A DNA stretch of 64,000 nt from a virus: positions 19,804 through 83,803 of IMG/VR virus record IMGVR_UViG_3300038443_001578; one strand, given 5' to 3'. Shown piece after piece: positions 18,129 through 26,765 of this stretch. The number at the start of each line of letters is the position of its first letter. Position 1 is the stretch's first letter. The notes under the pieces were generated by a model. The model saw only the letters and a program-made list of their open reading frames with translations, searched no databases and had not been told where the DNA came from. The translations under genes and the position numbers were made by a program.

Positions 18129-19503
18129 ACTATCGGGCTGGGAGTACACCGATGAGTGGGCCGAGAAATACCTGAGAGGCGGCGGCCTGCAACTTTGGAA
18201 GTACGAAGGCCCCGAAGTAATGCTGAGTGGCCCTTCCGAAACGGGCAAGACTGTGTCGAGCCTCCACAAGCTTAACTCCCTGATGTGGAAGTACCCGGGC
18301 GCTCAAGCGGCTATGATACGCAAGGTCGGCGCTTCGATCCCAGGTTCAGTCCTCGTCACATTCAAGCGGATCATCAATGGCTCGGCAATTAAGTCGTATG
18401 GCGGCGAAAAACCGGAGTGGTTCGATTATCCAAACGGCAGTCGCATCTTTGTCGGCGGCCTCGACAACCGCGACAAGATCCTCAGCTCAGAGAGGGACTT
18501 TATCTACGTTAACCAAGCGGAGGAAATCGACGCTGCTGACTGGGAGTACTTGACGACGCGCGCAACGGGTCGCGGCGCCACAGCGCCATATACTCAGGTC
18601 TTCGGAGATTGCAACCCCGGTCCTCCAACCCACTGGATAAAGAACCGCGCTTCACTACGGGTTTTCGAGAGCCGACACGAGGACAATCCCTCGCTGTTTG
18701 ATGCCACAGGCCGAATTACCGCTCAGGGTCAGCGCACTCTTGCCATCCTCGAAAACCTGACGGGTGTTCGCAAGCTCCGACTGCGTTTTGGTATGTGGGT
18801 GGCCGCCGAGGGCGTCATCTACGAACTGTACGACCGGCGCGTCCATCTCAAGACACTGGCTGAGATCCCGAGTATACCGAAGGACGAAAACGGCCGGCCA
18901 TACATCCCGCCGGACTGGCCTCGCTACTGGGTCGTGGACTTCGGTTATACGAATCCCTTCGTATTTCAGAATTGGGCGGTAGATCCGGATGGCCGCCTCA
19001 TCCGGTATCGGGAGATCTATCGTACGAAGCGGCTCGTCGAGGATCACTGCAAAGACATCAAGGCCGCGACGGAAGGCGAGCCGTCCCCACGCGAAATAAT
19101 CTGCGACCACGATGCCGAGGACAGGGCGACACTCGAACGGCACCTCGGCATCCGCACCAAGGCCGCGCATAAATCGGTGAGCGACGGCATCCAGGCGCTG
19201 GCCAGCCGGCTGAAGGTCGCGGACGATGGGCGACCGCGGATCTACTTCGTCAGCGACGCGTTGGTGTCCGTTGATGAGGCGCTCGTTGATGCTAAGAAGC
19301 CTACCTGTACCGAGCAAGAGATCGAGTCCTACGTCTGGAAAGACGGCGTCAAGGACAGCGTCCCAGTCAAGGAAAACGACCACGGTATGGATGCGGCCCG
19401 TTACATGGTCGCGCAAATAGATCTTATCGGGCCGAAAAGCTGGGCGACAGATACAAGCGCCCTTTCTGCCCTTCGCGCCGCCGCCGGTATCAAACCCAAA
19501 TGA
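18004..19503 (+). CDS. terL: Terminase large subunit
   Basis: GPSETGKT Walker A, YVNQAEE, DCNP coupling motif, DFGYTNP and DHGMDAARY nuclease motifs; start uncertain (18004 or 18085). Confidence 0.92.
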   Translation: MTSLSNSLRNRLEREAFKRNLRLPGRPMEMESEPAPEPTVAELSGWEYTDEWAEKYLRGGGLQLWKYEGPEVMLSGPSETGKTVSSLHKLNSLMWKYPGAQAAMIRKVGASIPGSVLVTFKRIINGSAIKSYGGEKPEWFDYPNGSRIFVGGLDNRDKILSSERDFIYVNQAEEIDAADWEYLTTRATGRGATAPYTQVFGDCNPGPPTHWIKNRASLRVFESRHEDNPSLFDATGRITAQGQRTLAILENLTGVRKLRLRFGMWVAAEGVIYELYDRRVHLKTLAEIPSIPKDENGRPYIPPDWPRYWVVDFGYTNPFVFQNWAVDPDGRLIRYREIYRTKRLVEDHCKDIKAATEGEPSPREIICDHDAEDRATLERHLGIRTKAAHKSVSDGIQALASRLKVADDGRPRIYFVSDALVSVDEALVDAKKPTCTEQEIESYVWKDGVKDSVPVKENDHGMDAARYMVAQIDLIGPKSWATDTSALSALRAAAGIKPK

Positions 19504-21041
19504 GATTTCCCTGGAAAAAGTCTGAACCGGTCGACGTCGCGGCGATAGCCAGAGAAGCAGCATCGAGCGCGGCTCAGGAGGTCGCGGCCCAGTTCGAAGC
19601 GCGAATCGAACGGGCGGCTACGGCAGCGGAATCCGCGGCATCGGCGGTGCCAACGGAGGTGAACCGCGCAGTCACGACGGCACTGTCGCCGCTCATGGCG
19701 CCGCAGGCGTCGTTGTCCAAGAGCCCGTACGGCGTCTACGCGTTCGATAGACCCATCATCTTTTCGACACCCCAGCCACCGGATCGTCGGCCTGGATCGT
19801 ACGTCACGGTCGAAACCCTTCGCCGGCTCGCGGACAACTACGACGTGCTTCGCGCCTGTATCCAGCACCTCAAGCGAGAGGTGCGTTCGGTGCCGATCCA
19901 GATCGTTCCGCGCGACAAGAAGCAGACCGCGTCCCTGCAATCGGCGATCGCCGACGCCGAGCAGTTTTTCAGCCGCGGCGGCGGACTGGGCGGGTTTGGA
20001 CGCAAAAGGTCGCATTTCGAGGGTGCGATCCTTGAGGACCTGCTCGTTGTCGGCGCGTCCGCTCTGTTCTACCACCCGAAGCGCAACGGACTGCCGTTCC
20101 AGGTTGTTGATGTTGACGCGTCGACGATCCGGCCTCGAACCGACGCTTACGGCTGGCCGGGTCCGGGCGATGTTCTGTACGAGCAGTGGATATGGGGCGT
20201 GCTGATCGGCGGGTACACAGCCGATCAGATGGATTATCTCGGGCTCGCCGAGAACATGCGGAGCTACAGCCCATATCCGGCCTCGCCCGTCGAGTGGCTC
20301 GTGACTTCGATCAATGCCGCGCTGAATGTCGATCAGTGGAATTTGGCGTTCCTGACCGACGGCACGACCGCCAACGATGCCTATGCACTCCCGGAGGAAT
20401 GGACGCCTGACCAGATCATGGTCTGGCAGCAGCACTGGAACGCGCTACTGAAGGGCAACACGGGCGACCGTCAGGCGACAAAGTTCGTTCCCGGTGGCAC
20501 GCAGAAAGTCTCGGCCGCGTCTCGTAAGGATTACGACTTCGACGCCTATTCACTGTGGCTCCTGAGAAGGACTTGCAGCATTATGGGCGTGCAGCCGGCG
20601 TCGATTGGCTATTCCGGCGAGCAGTACAAGGTCAGCCAGACCGATAGCATGCAGTCGACCAGCGCATTCGGCGCCGGCGTCCTGCTCGGATGGCGCAAGG
20701 AGTGTTACGACGACATCCTGGAGCGGCTGGGGCACGGTGACCTCGAAGTCGTCGACGTTAACGCACGCGAGGAGAAGGCGACGGACCGCGCTACTCGCAA
20801 CCAGATCCTCATTCAGGCCGGCGTTAAGCGCCCGAACGAAGCGCGGCTGGAAGAGGGGCTCGATCCCGATCCCGACGGCGACGTACTGTTGATATCGAAC
20901 ACGCTCATGCCGTTGTCGAAACTGGTCGCGGTCACGGAGGAGCCGGCAGTTGTGCCGGAAAGCGCGGAATCGGTCGAGGATGTCGCTGGCACGGGAAGCG
21001 CTGAAGGCGACGATGAGCCAGATGCCGGCGAAGAAGGGTAA
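19500..21041 (+). CDS. Portal protein
   Basis: Follows terL; LRRLADNYD.LRACI, SPVE, NEARLEEGLDP.P.GD. Confidence 0.9.
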   Translation: MRFPWKKSEPVDVAAIAREAASSAAQEVAAQFEARIERAATAAESAASAVPTEVNRAVTTALSPLMAPQASLSKSPYGVYAFDRPIIFSTPQPPDRRPGSYVTVETLRRLADNYDVLRACIQHLKREVRSVPIQIVPRDKKQTASLQSAIADAEQFFSRGGGLGGFGRKRSHFEGAILEDLLVVGASALFYHPKRNGLPFQVVDVDASTIRPRTDAYGWPGPGDVLYEQWIWGVLIGGYTADQMDYLGLAENMRSYSPYPASPVEWLVTSINAALNVDQWNLAFLTDGTTANDAYALPEEWTPDQIMVWQQHWNALLKGNTGDRQATKFVPGGTQKVSAASRKDYDFDAYSLWLLRRTCSIMGVQPASIGYSGEQYKVSQTDSMQSTSAFGAGVLLGWRKECYDDILERLGHGDLEVVDVNAREEKATDRATRNQILIQAGVKRPNEARLEEGLDPDPDGDVLLISNTLMPLSKLVAVTEEPAVVPESAESVEDVAGTGSAEGDDEPDAGEEG

Positions 21042-21046
21042 CCGCA

Positions 21047-21454
21047 ATGAGCACACGAACAAACCTACTCAAGTTCCCGGCCAACTCGACGATCACGGCG
21101 GGCGGCAATACCGGATCGAACTGCAACGTTACCCCGCCGGTGACGATGACGGTCGACGAGGAGTATCCGATTCCCGGACCGATCCCGGTCGGTGCGAACG
21201 AAAGCCTGATCCTCGAATACGACATCACCGCGATCAGCGGAACGATTCAGTTCTTCGTCGACAGCCTGGGCACGGATGGCGTTTACTATCCAATCTATAC
21301 TGGCCCAGTCATATCGACCACCGGCCTGAACGAGATCAGCATCGGCCCGGCGGCTCAGTCGGCGGCCGAGATCGGCAACCAGGTTCAGCTTCGCTGGGCC
21401 GTGACGGGAGGCACGCCCTCGACCACGCTATCCCTGTCCCTCATCGGTAATTAA
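21047..21454 (+). CDS. Small beta-rich virion protein
   Basis: Position in head module; beta-strand composition. Confidence 0.6.
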   Translation: MSTRTNLLKFPANSTITAGGNTGSNCNVTPPVTMTVDEEYPIPGPIPVGANESLILEYDITAISGTIQFFVDSLGTDGVYYPIYTGPVISTTGLNEISIGPAAQSAAEIGNQVQLRWAVTGGTPSTTLSLSLIGN

Positions 21455-21469
21455 GGAGGCCGCGTAACC

Positions 21470-21817
21470 ATGCCAATCGCAACCCTGACACTTTCCGGCA
21501 CAATTACCGGCGAGCCAGATGGATCGGTCACGCTCGGCCCGACGACGGACACGGCAAACGCGGCGCTCGACTATGTGCAGCCGGTGATGCTCGGAACGTC
21601 GTTCACGCAGATCACCGTGCCGGCCGGCGCGACACATGTCATGGTCTATCTTCCGGCCAACAACACATTCAACGTCACGCTGGCCGGCACGAACACGGAC
21701 ACCGGCATCGGAATCGGCGCGTCCGGTTGGTCGAAGATCCCCCTCGCGGCTGGCGCGACGCTTTACGCGAAGGCGTCCGGCGCAATGGCGGCTGCGACGG
21801 TATTCCGGTTCTGCTAA
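21470..21817 (+). CDS. Small beta-rich virion protein
   Basis: AAGGAGG RBS; position in head module. Confidence 0.65.
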   Translation: MPIATLTLSGTITGEPDGSVTLGPTTDTANAALDYVQPVMLGTSFTQITVPAGATHVMVYLPANNTFNVTLAGTNTDTGIGIGASGWSKIPLAAGATLYAKASGAMAAATVFRFC

Positions 21818-21855
21818 GCCTACCACGCTAACCCGCCAACTGTATACGCAAACCA

Positions 21856-21883
21856 AGGCCGCCCACATGTGGGCGGCTTTTTT
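21856..21883 (+). terminator. Intrinsic terminator
   Basis: GGCCGCCCA-catg-TGGGCGGCT followed by a T-run. Confidence 0.75.
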
Positions 21884-21946
21884 CACGCCCGCCCGCGCCG
21901 GCGGTATCCGCCCCTTGCGGCGCGGTCAGGTGCGAAAGGACCATCC

Positions 21947-23311
21947 ATGAAAAAGAAGCTCGTTAATCGACTCGACGTATTCGCGCCTATCTCGCGCGTC
22001 TACGAAGAGAACGGCAACGTCATAGTCGAGGGCTATGCGTTCGTCAACGAAATCGTCCCCGGCGAGGGCGGTATTCGGCTCAAGCGATCGGCCATGGTCG
22101 CGGCGACGGACGATTTCCTCAAGTACGGCACCGGTGCGCTTCGCGCCATGCATCAGCCAATCGCTGCTGGGCTTGTGCCAGTTGTTCGATGGGACGACAA
22201 GGGCGCGTTCATTCGCGCCGAGGTCGTTGATGAGAACGAGAAGCAAAAGACGCTCGCCGGCGTCTACAAGGGCTTCAGTGTAGGCGTCGCGCCAATGGTG
22301 ATGCGCGGGCTCGACGTTGAAAAGTGCTGCTGGGCGGAAACCAGCCTTGTCGACCGGCCCAAAGACCCCGATTCAGTCTGCACGGTAGTTCGCGCCGACG
22401 GCGTATCGTCCACGTCGATTGAGATCGAAGTCGACGATGAGGATGACGACACCTCGACGACCGTCAGTATCAGCCTGACCGATGCTGCCCCGCAGGACTT
22501 CGCTACGGCTATCGGCATCGACAACGCCACCGAAGCAGTGTACGACGAGGGCTGGGACGCCTCATACACGCTCTGGGAGGTCCTCTACGACATCGCCGCG
22601 TCCGGCGTTTCGAACGCTGAGGAGCTTGCCCGGAAGTCGATCCAGCAATTCGCCGACTACATCGCACCGATGGTCGCCGGGAACACGATGCCGGCCAAGG
22701 CCGAGCGCGTCCTTCTCCCGAAGACTTGGAATGCCGACGCGGTGAAGCTCTTCCGCGCGTCGCTGGCCCAGGCAGTCGAGGCCGGCGGCGGACGGCCGTT
22801 CACTCTCGCCGGGATCGAGCGGGCCGAAACTCCCGCAGCAACTCCTGCAACGCCGTCGACTCCCGAAACTCCCGTAGCGCCGGCCGCTCCCGCAGCCGCG
22901 CAGCCGCCCGTCGACGTCATCAACCGGCTCGAAAGCACCCTGACCGACATCAACACGAAGATCGCGCGGCTGGACGAGCTCCCCGGCATCCTGACCCGGG
23001 TCGAAGGGCTCGCCTCAGCCGTCACGACCGCGAACGAACAGATGACCAGGCTCATCGAGCGTGTCGACAAGATCGAACAGCAACCCGTGAGCTTGACGGC
23101 GCCGATCCGCTTCCCACCGCAGGCGGCAGCCGAGCGGCACTTCGTCGCGAACGAGGCGAACGTCGACCCGCACGCACTCAATCGCGCCGAGATACAGGCC
23201 GAGATCACACGCATCGAAACGGACACCCCCAAGGAGCCGGACCCTCGTAAGCGCCACGAAGCGGCCATCCGACTCAACCAACTCAAGGGGCAACTCTCGC
23301 AAGCAAACTAG
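21947..23311 (+). CDS. Prohead protease-scaffold fusion (HK97/XkdF-like)
   Basis: VEGYA, LRAMH, YKGFSVG, ETSLVDRP; Pro/Ala linker and coiled-coil C-terminus. Confidence 0.85.
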   Translation: MKKKLVNRLDVFAPISRVYEENGNVIVEGYAFVNEIVPGEGGIRLKRSAMVAATDDFLKYGTGALRAMHQPIAAGLVPVVRWDDKGAFIRAEVVDENEKQKTLAGVYKGFSVGVAPMVMRGLDVEKCCWAETSLVDRPKDPDSVCTVVRADGVSSTSIEIEVDDEDDDTSTTVSISLTDAAPQDFATAIGIDNATEAVYDEGWDASYTLWEVLYDIAASGVSNAEELARKSIQQFADYIAPMVAGNTMPAKAERVLLPKTWNADAVKLFRASLAQAVEAGGGRPFTLAGIERAETPAATPATPSTPETPVAPAAPAAAQPPVDVINRLESTLTDINTKIARLDELPGILTRVEGLASAVTTANEQMTRLIERVDKIEQQPVSLTAPIRFPPQAAAERHFVANEANVDPHALNRAEIQAEITRIETDTPKEPDPRKRHEAAIRLNQLKGQLSQAN

Positions 23312-23377
23312 GCGAAGGACCAACCGGAGCCTGCCCGACAAGGGCAATCATAGGGGCACAGCCCCAGGAGAAAACAC

Positions 23378-24856
23378 ATGACTGTACTTATGGAAGGCAG
23401 CATTCCGGAGAAGGGGCTTCGCGCGGGGTTCCTGTCGCCGGCCGCGTATGCCACCTATCAGCCGGGACCGTCGATTCCGATCATCACCCGCGGCGTCGAC
23501 ATTGCCTCAGCGGCTCCCGAAGTGCTGATGCAGCTGGAGCGCGGTGAGTTCACCGGCGACGTGAGCCAGGTCCTTCGCCAGCTTGGCATGAACATGGCCC
23601 AGCTTAATCGGGCCGTAACGACCTCCATGACGGCGTTCCCGGTCCGCGAGAACCTAGAAGCCGAGGCGAAGATCCTCGTCCCGCTCGAGACCCCGGTCCG
23701 AAACATGCTCCCCCGCCGGCCGGGTGCGGGCCTCGCCTCGCAGTGGCGACAGCTCATCAGCCTCGGCGGCGGCTACGCGGCGGCGACCACGACGACCGGC
23801 AGCGCCACCGCGACCGGCTCGGCAGTGTCCATCCCGGTTAGCTCGTCCGCGGGCTTCAGTGTCGGCGATTTCGTCTACATCGACTCTGGCGCGAGCCAGG
23901 AATACCTGGCGATCACTGCCATCGCCGACGGTACGCACATTAGCCTGGTGATCGCCTCGAACCACAATTCGGGCGTCGCGATCGTCAAGGCGGCCGCGGA
24001 ATACGGCAGCCAGTCATCCGGCCTGGTGCGCACGTTCTTCGCGGAAACCGGCGCGCCGGCGGAGCATACGAGCGCGTATGCCAACCAGTCGTTCGGCTAC
24101 AAGCTCCTCGGCACATTCGGCCAGGTCACCGCGTTCGCGATGGCGGCCGGCGCGACCTTCCAGAACCAGTTGGCGGTCGAAAAGACGAACGCGCTTCGCA
24201 ACCTCATGCTCAATGAGGAGAACGCCTTGCTCAACGGCGATTCGACGAGTTCGGCGGCTCCGTGGGGCGACGGCACGAACGCGCTCAGTTTCTCGGGCCT
24301 GAACACGCTCACGTCGACCGCGAACGGCACGCCAGCGGACCAGGTCCAGACCTCGGTCGGCCCGCTGACCACCGCGCACATCGACAACCAACTGCGTCGG
24401 CTCTGGAACCGCGGCGCGCAGGGCAAGTACATGATCATGAGCGGGCTCGATGCCCTGTCCCTCGTGCACCTCGCCGAGGGCAATGGCTCGATCATCCGCG
24501 TCGCGGCCTCGAACACCGGCGAGACGGTTCTTGGCGTCAAGGTCACCGGTTACGTCGACCCAATGACCGGCGAGATGGTCCCGGTGTACACGTCGCGCTT
24601 CCAGCCGACCGGAACCATCCTGTACGGCTCCGAGCGTCTGCCGGATGGAACGCCGTCGGCCGACGTCGAGGTCCTTCCGCAGGTCGCGCTGCCGGAGCTT
24701 GCGCCTAACGAGAACATCCAGGGCTACACCGTGCAGGAAATCGCGCCGTCGGTGACCTCGCCGCAGGAATACCCGTTCATCGCCTCCGTCTTCGAAGTGC
24801 TCCGCATGAAGTCCGCCCAGCACTTCGCGAAGAGCACTGGCGTGACCGCGGTGTAA
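23378..24856 (+). CDS. Major capsid protein with an inserted beta domain
   Basis: Follows protease; P.ETP.RN.LPR, EENALLNGD; insertion around aa 135-205. Confidence 0.8.
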   Translation: MTVLMEGSIPEKGLRAGFLSPAAYATYQPGPSIPIITRGVDIASAAPEVLMQLERGEFTGDVSQVLRQLGMNMAQLNRAVTTSMTAFPVRENLEAEAKILVPLETPVRNMLPRRPGAGLASQWRQLISLGGGYAAATTTTGSATATGSAVSIPVSSSAGFSVGDFVYIDSGASQEYLAITAIADGTHISLVIASNHNSGVAIVKAAAEYGSQSSGLVRTFFAETGAPAEHTSAYANQSFGYKLLGTFGQVTAFAMAAGATFQNQLAVEKTNALRNLMLNEENALLNGDSTSSAAPWGDGTNALSFSGLNTLTSTANGTPADQVQTSVGPLTTAHIDNQLRRLWNRGAQGKYMIMSGLDALSLVHLAEGNGSIIRVAASNTGETVLGVKVTGYVDPMTGEMVPVYTSRFQPTGTILYGSERLPDGTPSADVEVLPQVALPELAPNENIQGYTVQEIAPSVTSPQEYPFIASVFEVLRMKSAQHFAKSTGVTAV

Positions 24857-24931
24857 TGTGACGGCCGTCTAAACCTTGTCCTCGTAATTGACCGTTTGGG
24901 GCGGTGACCGTTGCCGCCCCTGGAGATTTCT

Positions 24932-25384
24932 ATGCAAACCGTACCAGGATTGTTTCATCGGCCGGAGGGACTGACCCAGGCCGAGCGCGGGATGAACATT
25001 AAGGAGTTCACCGGCGACGGGTCGCCGGGACTGCGCGTCAAGGGCCTCAAGGAGGTCCACAGCGTACAGATCGGCCGCATCCAGGTCCCGATCGAGCGCG
25101 ATTACAAGTTCCCGCACAATGCCGACTTCGCCCAGAAGGTGCAGATCACGCTGCCCCACGTCATGATCGTCGAAGGCCCGGACGGCGAGGCGCTGCTCAT
25201 GCGGTCCGTGCACTCGAATGACGGCGTATGGCAGAAGGGCGAAAAGATCTATGTCGGCGGCGTTTGGGAAGCCGACGCCCCGGAAGCGCCCGGCGCGGAG
25301 GGTGAATCATCGCCGACCCCGCGACGCCGACGCGCCGCATCGTCGGAAGCCGACGCCACGGAATCGTCCGGCGCGGAGCAGTAG
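24932..25384 (+). CDS. Hypothetical head-region protein
   Basis: GGAG RBS; disordered C-terminus. Confidence 0.6.
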   Translation: MQTVPGLFHRPEGLTQAERGMNIKEFTGDGSPGLRVKGLKEVHSVQIGRIQVPIERDYKFPHNADFAQKVQITLPHVMIVEGPDGEALLMRSVHSNDGVWQKGEKIYVGGVWEADAPEAPGAEGESSPTPRRRRAASSEADATESSGAEQ

Positions 25385-25444
25385 AGCCCGCATAACCACG
25401 CTGTAAACCTTAGTTCGACGCTCTTTCCACGGGAGAATACAAAA

Positions 25445-26023
25445 ATGATCCGTAGAGGATTTACTGCCGCCCTGGCACTCATGAGCATCTGCGCTCTTGG
25501 CATGGCGGCGATCGCCGCGCCCAGCGCGCCGGTGCTGCCGGTTCCGCACACCTTTGATTTCAACCTCGCGATCTCGCCGGCGAAGATGCTCTTCGCCACC
25601 CCGAAGGTCGACCAGGTCCTCAAGCCTGCTCAGGCCATCAATCCGACGACCAATTATCCGTTCGGCGCCGACAACGGCGAACAAATCTGGCAGGACAGCG
25701 GCCCGGCCACCATCAAGTACGCACCCTTGATCGCGACCACCGCCGGATCTCCCAACGCAATCGTCGCGGCTGTTTCCGGATCGAAGGTCCGCATCCTGGG
25801 GCTGTATTTGACCAATTCGGTTGCGGGCACCCTGCAGTTCGTCGATACGGCAGGGACACCTAATAACCTGACAGGTGTTATCACGTTGGCTGCCAACGGC
25901 AACATGTTCATTCCGGCTACGAAGTTCGGCATGTTCGAGGCAGGCACAGGACTCGGTGTCAGTCTCAATGTGACCGGCACATCCAATGTTGTTGGCGGCT
26001 ATGTCGTCTATGTGACGCATTAA
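25445..26023 (+). CDS. Signal-peptide-bearing beta-rich virion-type protein
   Basis: MIRRGFTAALALMSICALGMAAIA|AP; mature part resembles phage decoration proteins. Confidence 0.65.
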   Translation: MIRRGFTAALALMSICALGMAAIAAPSAPVLPVPHTFDFNLAISPAKMLFATPKVDQVLKPAQAINPTTNYPFGADNGEQIWQDSGPATIKYAPLIATTAGSPNAIVAAVSGSKVRILGLYLTNSVAGTLQFVDTAGTPNNLTGVITLAANGNMFIPATKFGMFEAGTGLGVSLNVTGTSNVVGGYVVYVTH

Positions 26024-26050
26024 GCCCCTTCCCTCTATCCTGCTTGTTAT

Positions 26051-26078
26051 TCAGCCCTGCGGATTAACGCGGGGCTGA
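26051..26078 (+). terminator. GC hairpin, possible terminator
   Basis: TCAGCCCTGCG...CGCGGGGCTGA; weak U tract. Confidence 0.45.
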
Positions 26079-26094
26079 CTAGTTTACGAGGCGC

Positions 26095-26757
26095 ATGATG
26101 AGAAATATCCGGATCATTGCAATCATACTGGCTCTTTTTATTATCTCGGCACCCGCGCGCGCTCAATCCGTCGTGGGCTTACTCGGGACTGATAACCTCA
26201 TCCATGCTCTTAAGGGCGATACGAGCGGCAATATTTATGTGCTGCCTTATCTCATCTATAACACGACTCCGCCCGCTCCGACGAACGGTGCGTATGTTCA
26301 GCAACAATCCGACACTCAGGGTAATCTGAAGGTCTACCTCGCCTCGGCGATCGCCGGCGAGGATCTGACGAATAACGTGATGGGGACCATTAACAAGGTC
26401 GTCATTGCGTCGACGTACACCCCGTCCCTAGACACAGCGTTCGGCACGGCGGTTACGCATAATTCGAAGGCTACGGCCGGACTGCTTATGGCGGTGACGG
26501 TTGCGAACTTCAATACCGCAGTGCGTTATCTCCAGATTTATAATTCGACCGGCTCGACATCGGGCACTCCCGTGGCCGTATTCCCGATTCCTGCCGGATC
26601 AGCGACGGCGCCGGCGATCCAGACATTCGGTGATACGTTCTTTACTCGCGACGGTGTTTATCTCTCGACCGGCATTACCTGGGCAATTTCGACCACTCAG
26701 GCGACGTATACCGCCGCGACCGCGAGCGACCACAACATCGACGTCGTTTACTACTAG
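26095..26757 (+). CDS. Signal-peptide-bearing beta-rich virion-type protein
   Basis: MMRNIRIIAIILALFIISAPARA|QS; YLQIYN...F/L.TGIT.AISTT tail. Confidence 0.7.
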   Translation: MMRNIRIIAIILALFIISAPARAQSVVGLLGTDNLIHALKGDTSGNIYVLPYLIYNTTPPAPTNGAYVQQQSDTQGNLKVYLASAIAGEDLTNNVMGTINKVVIASTYTPSLDTAFGTAVTHNSKATAGLLMAVTVANFNTAVRYLQIYNSTGSTSGTPVAVFPIPAGSATAPAIQTFGDTFFTRDGVYLSTGITWAISTTQATYTAATASDHNIDVVYY

Positions 26758-26765
26758 GAGTGAGC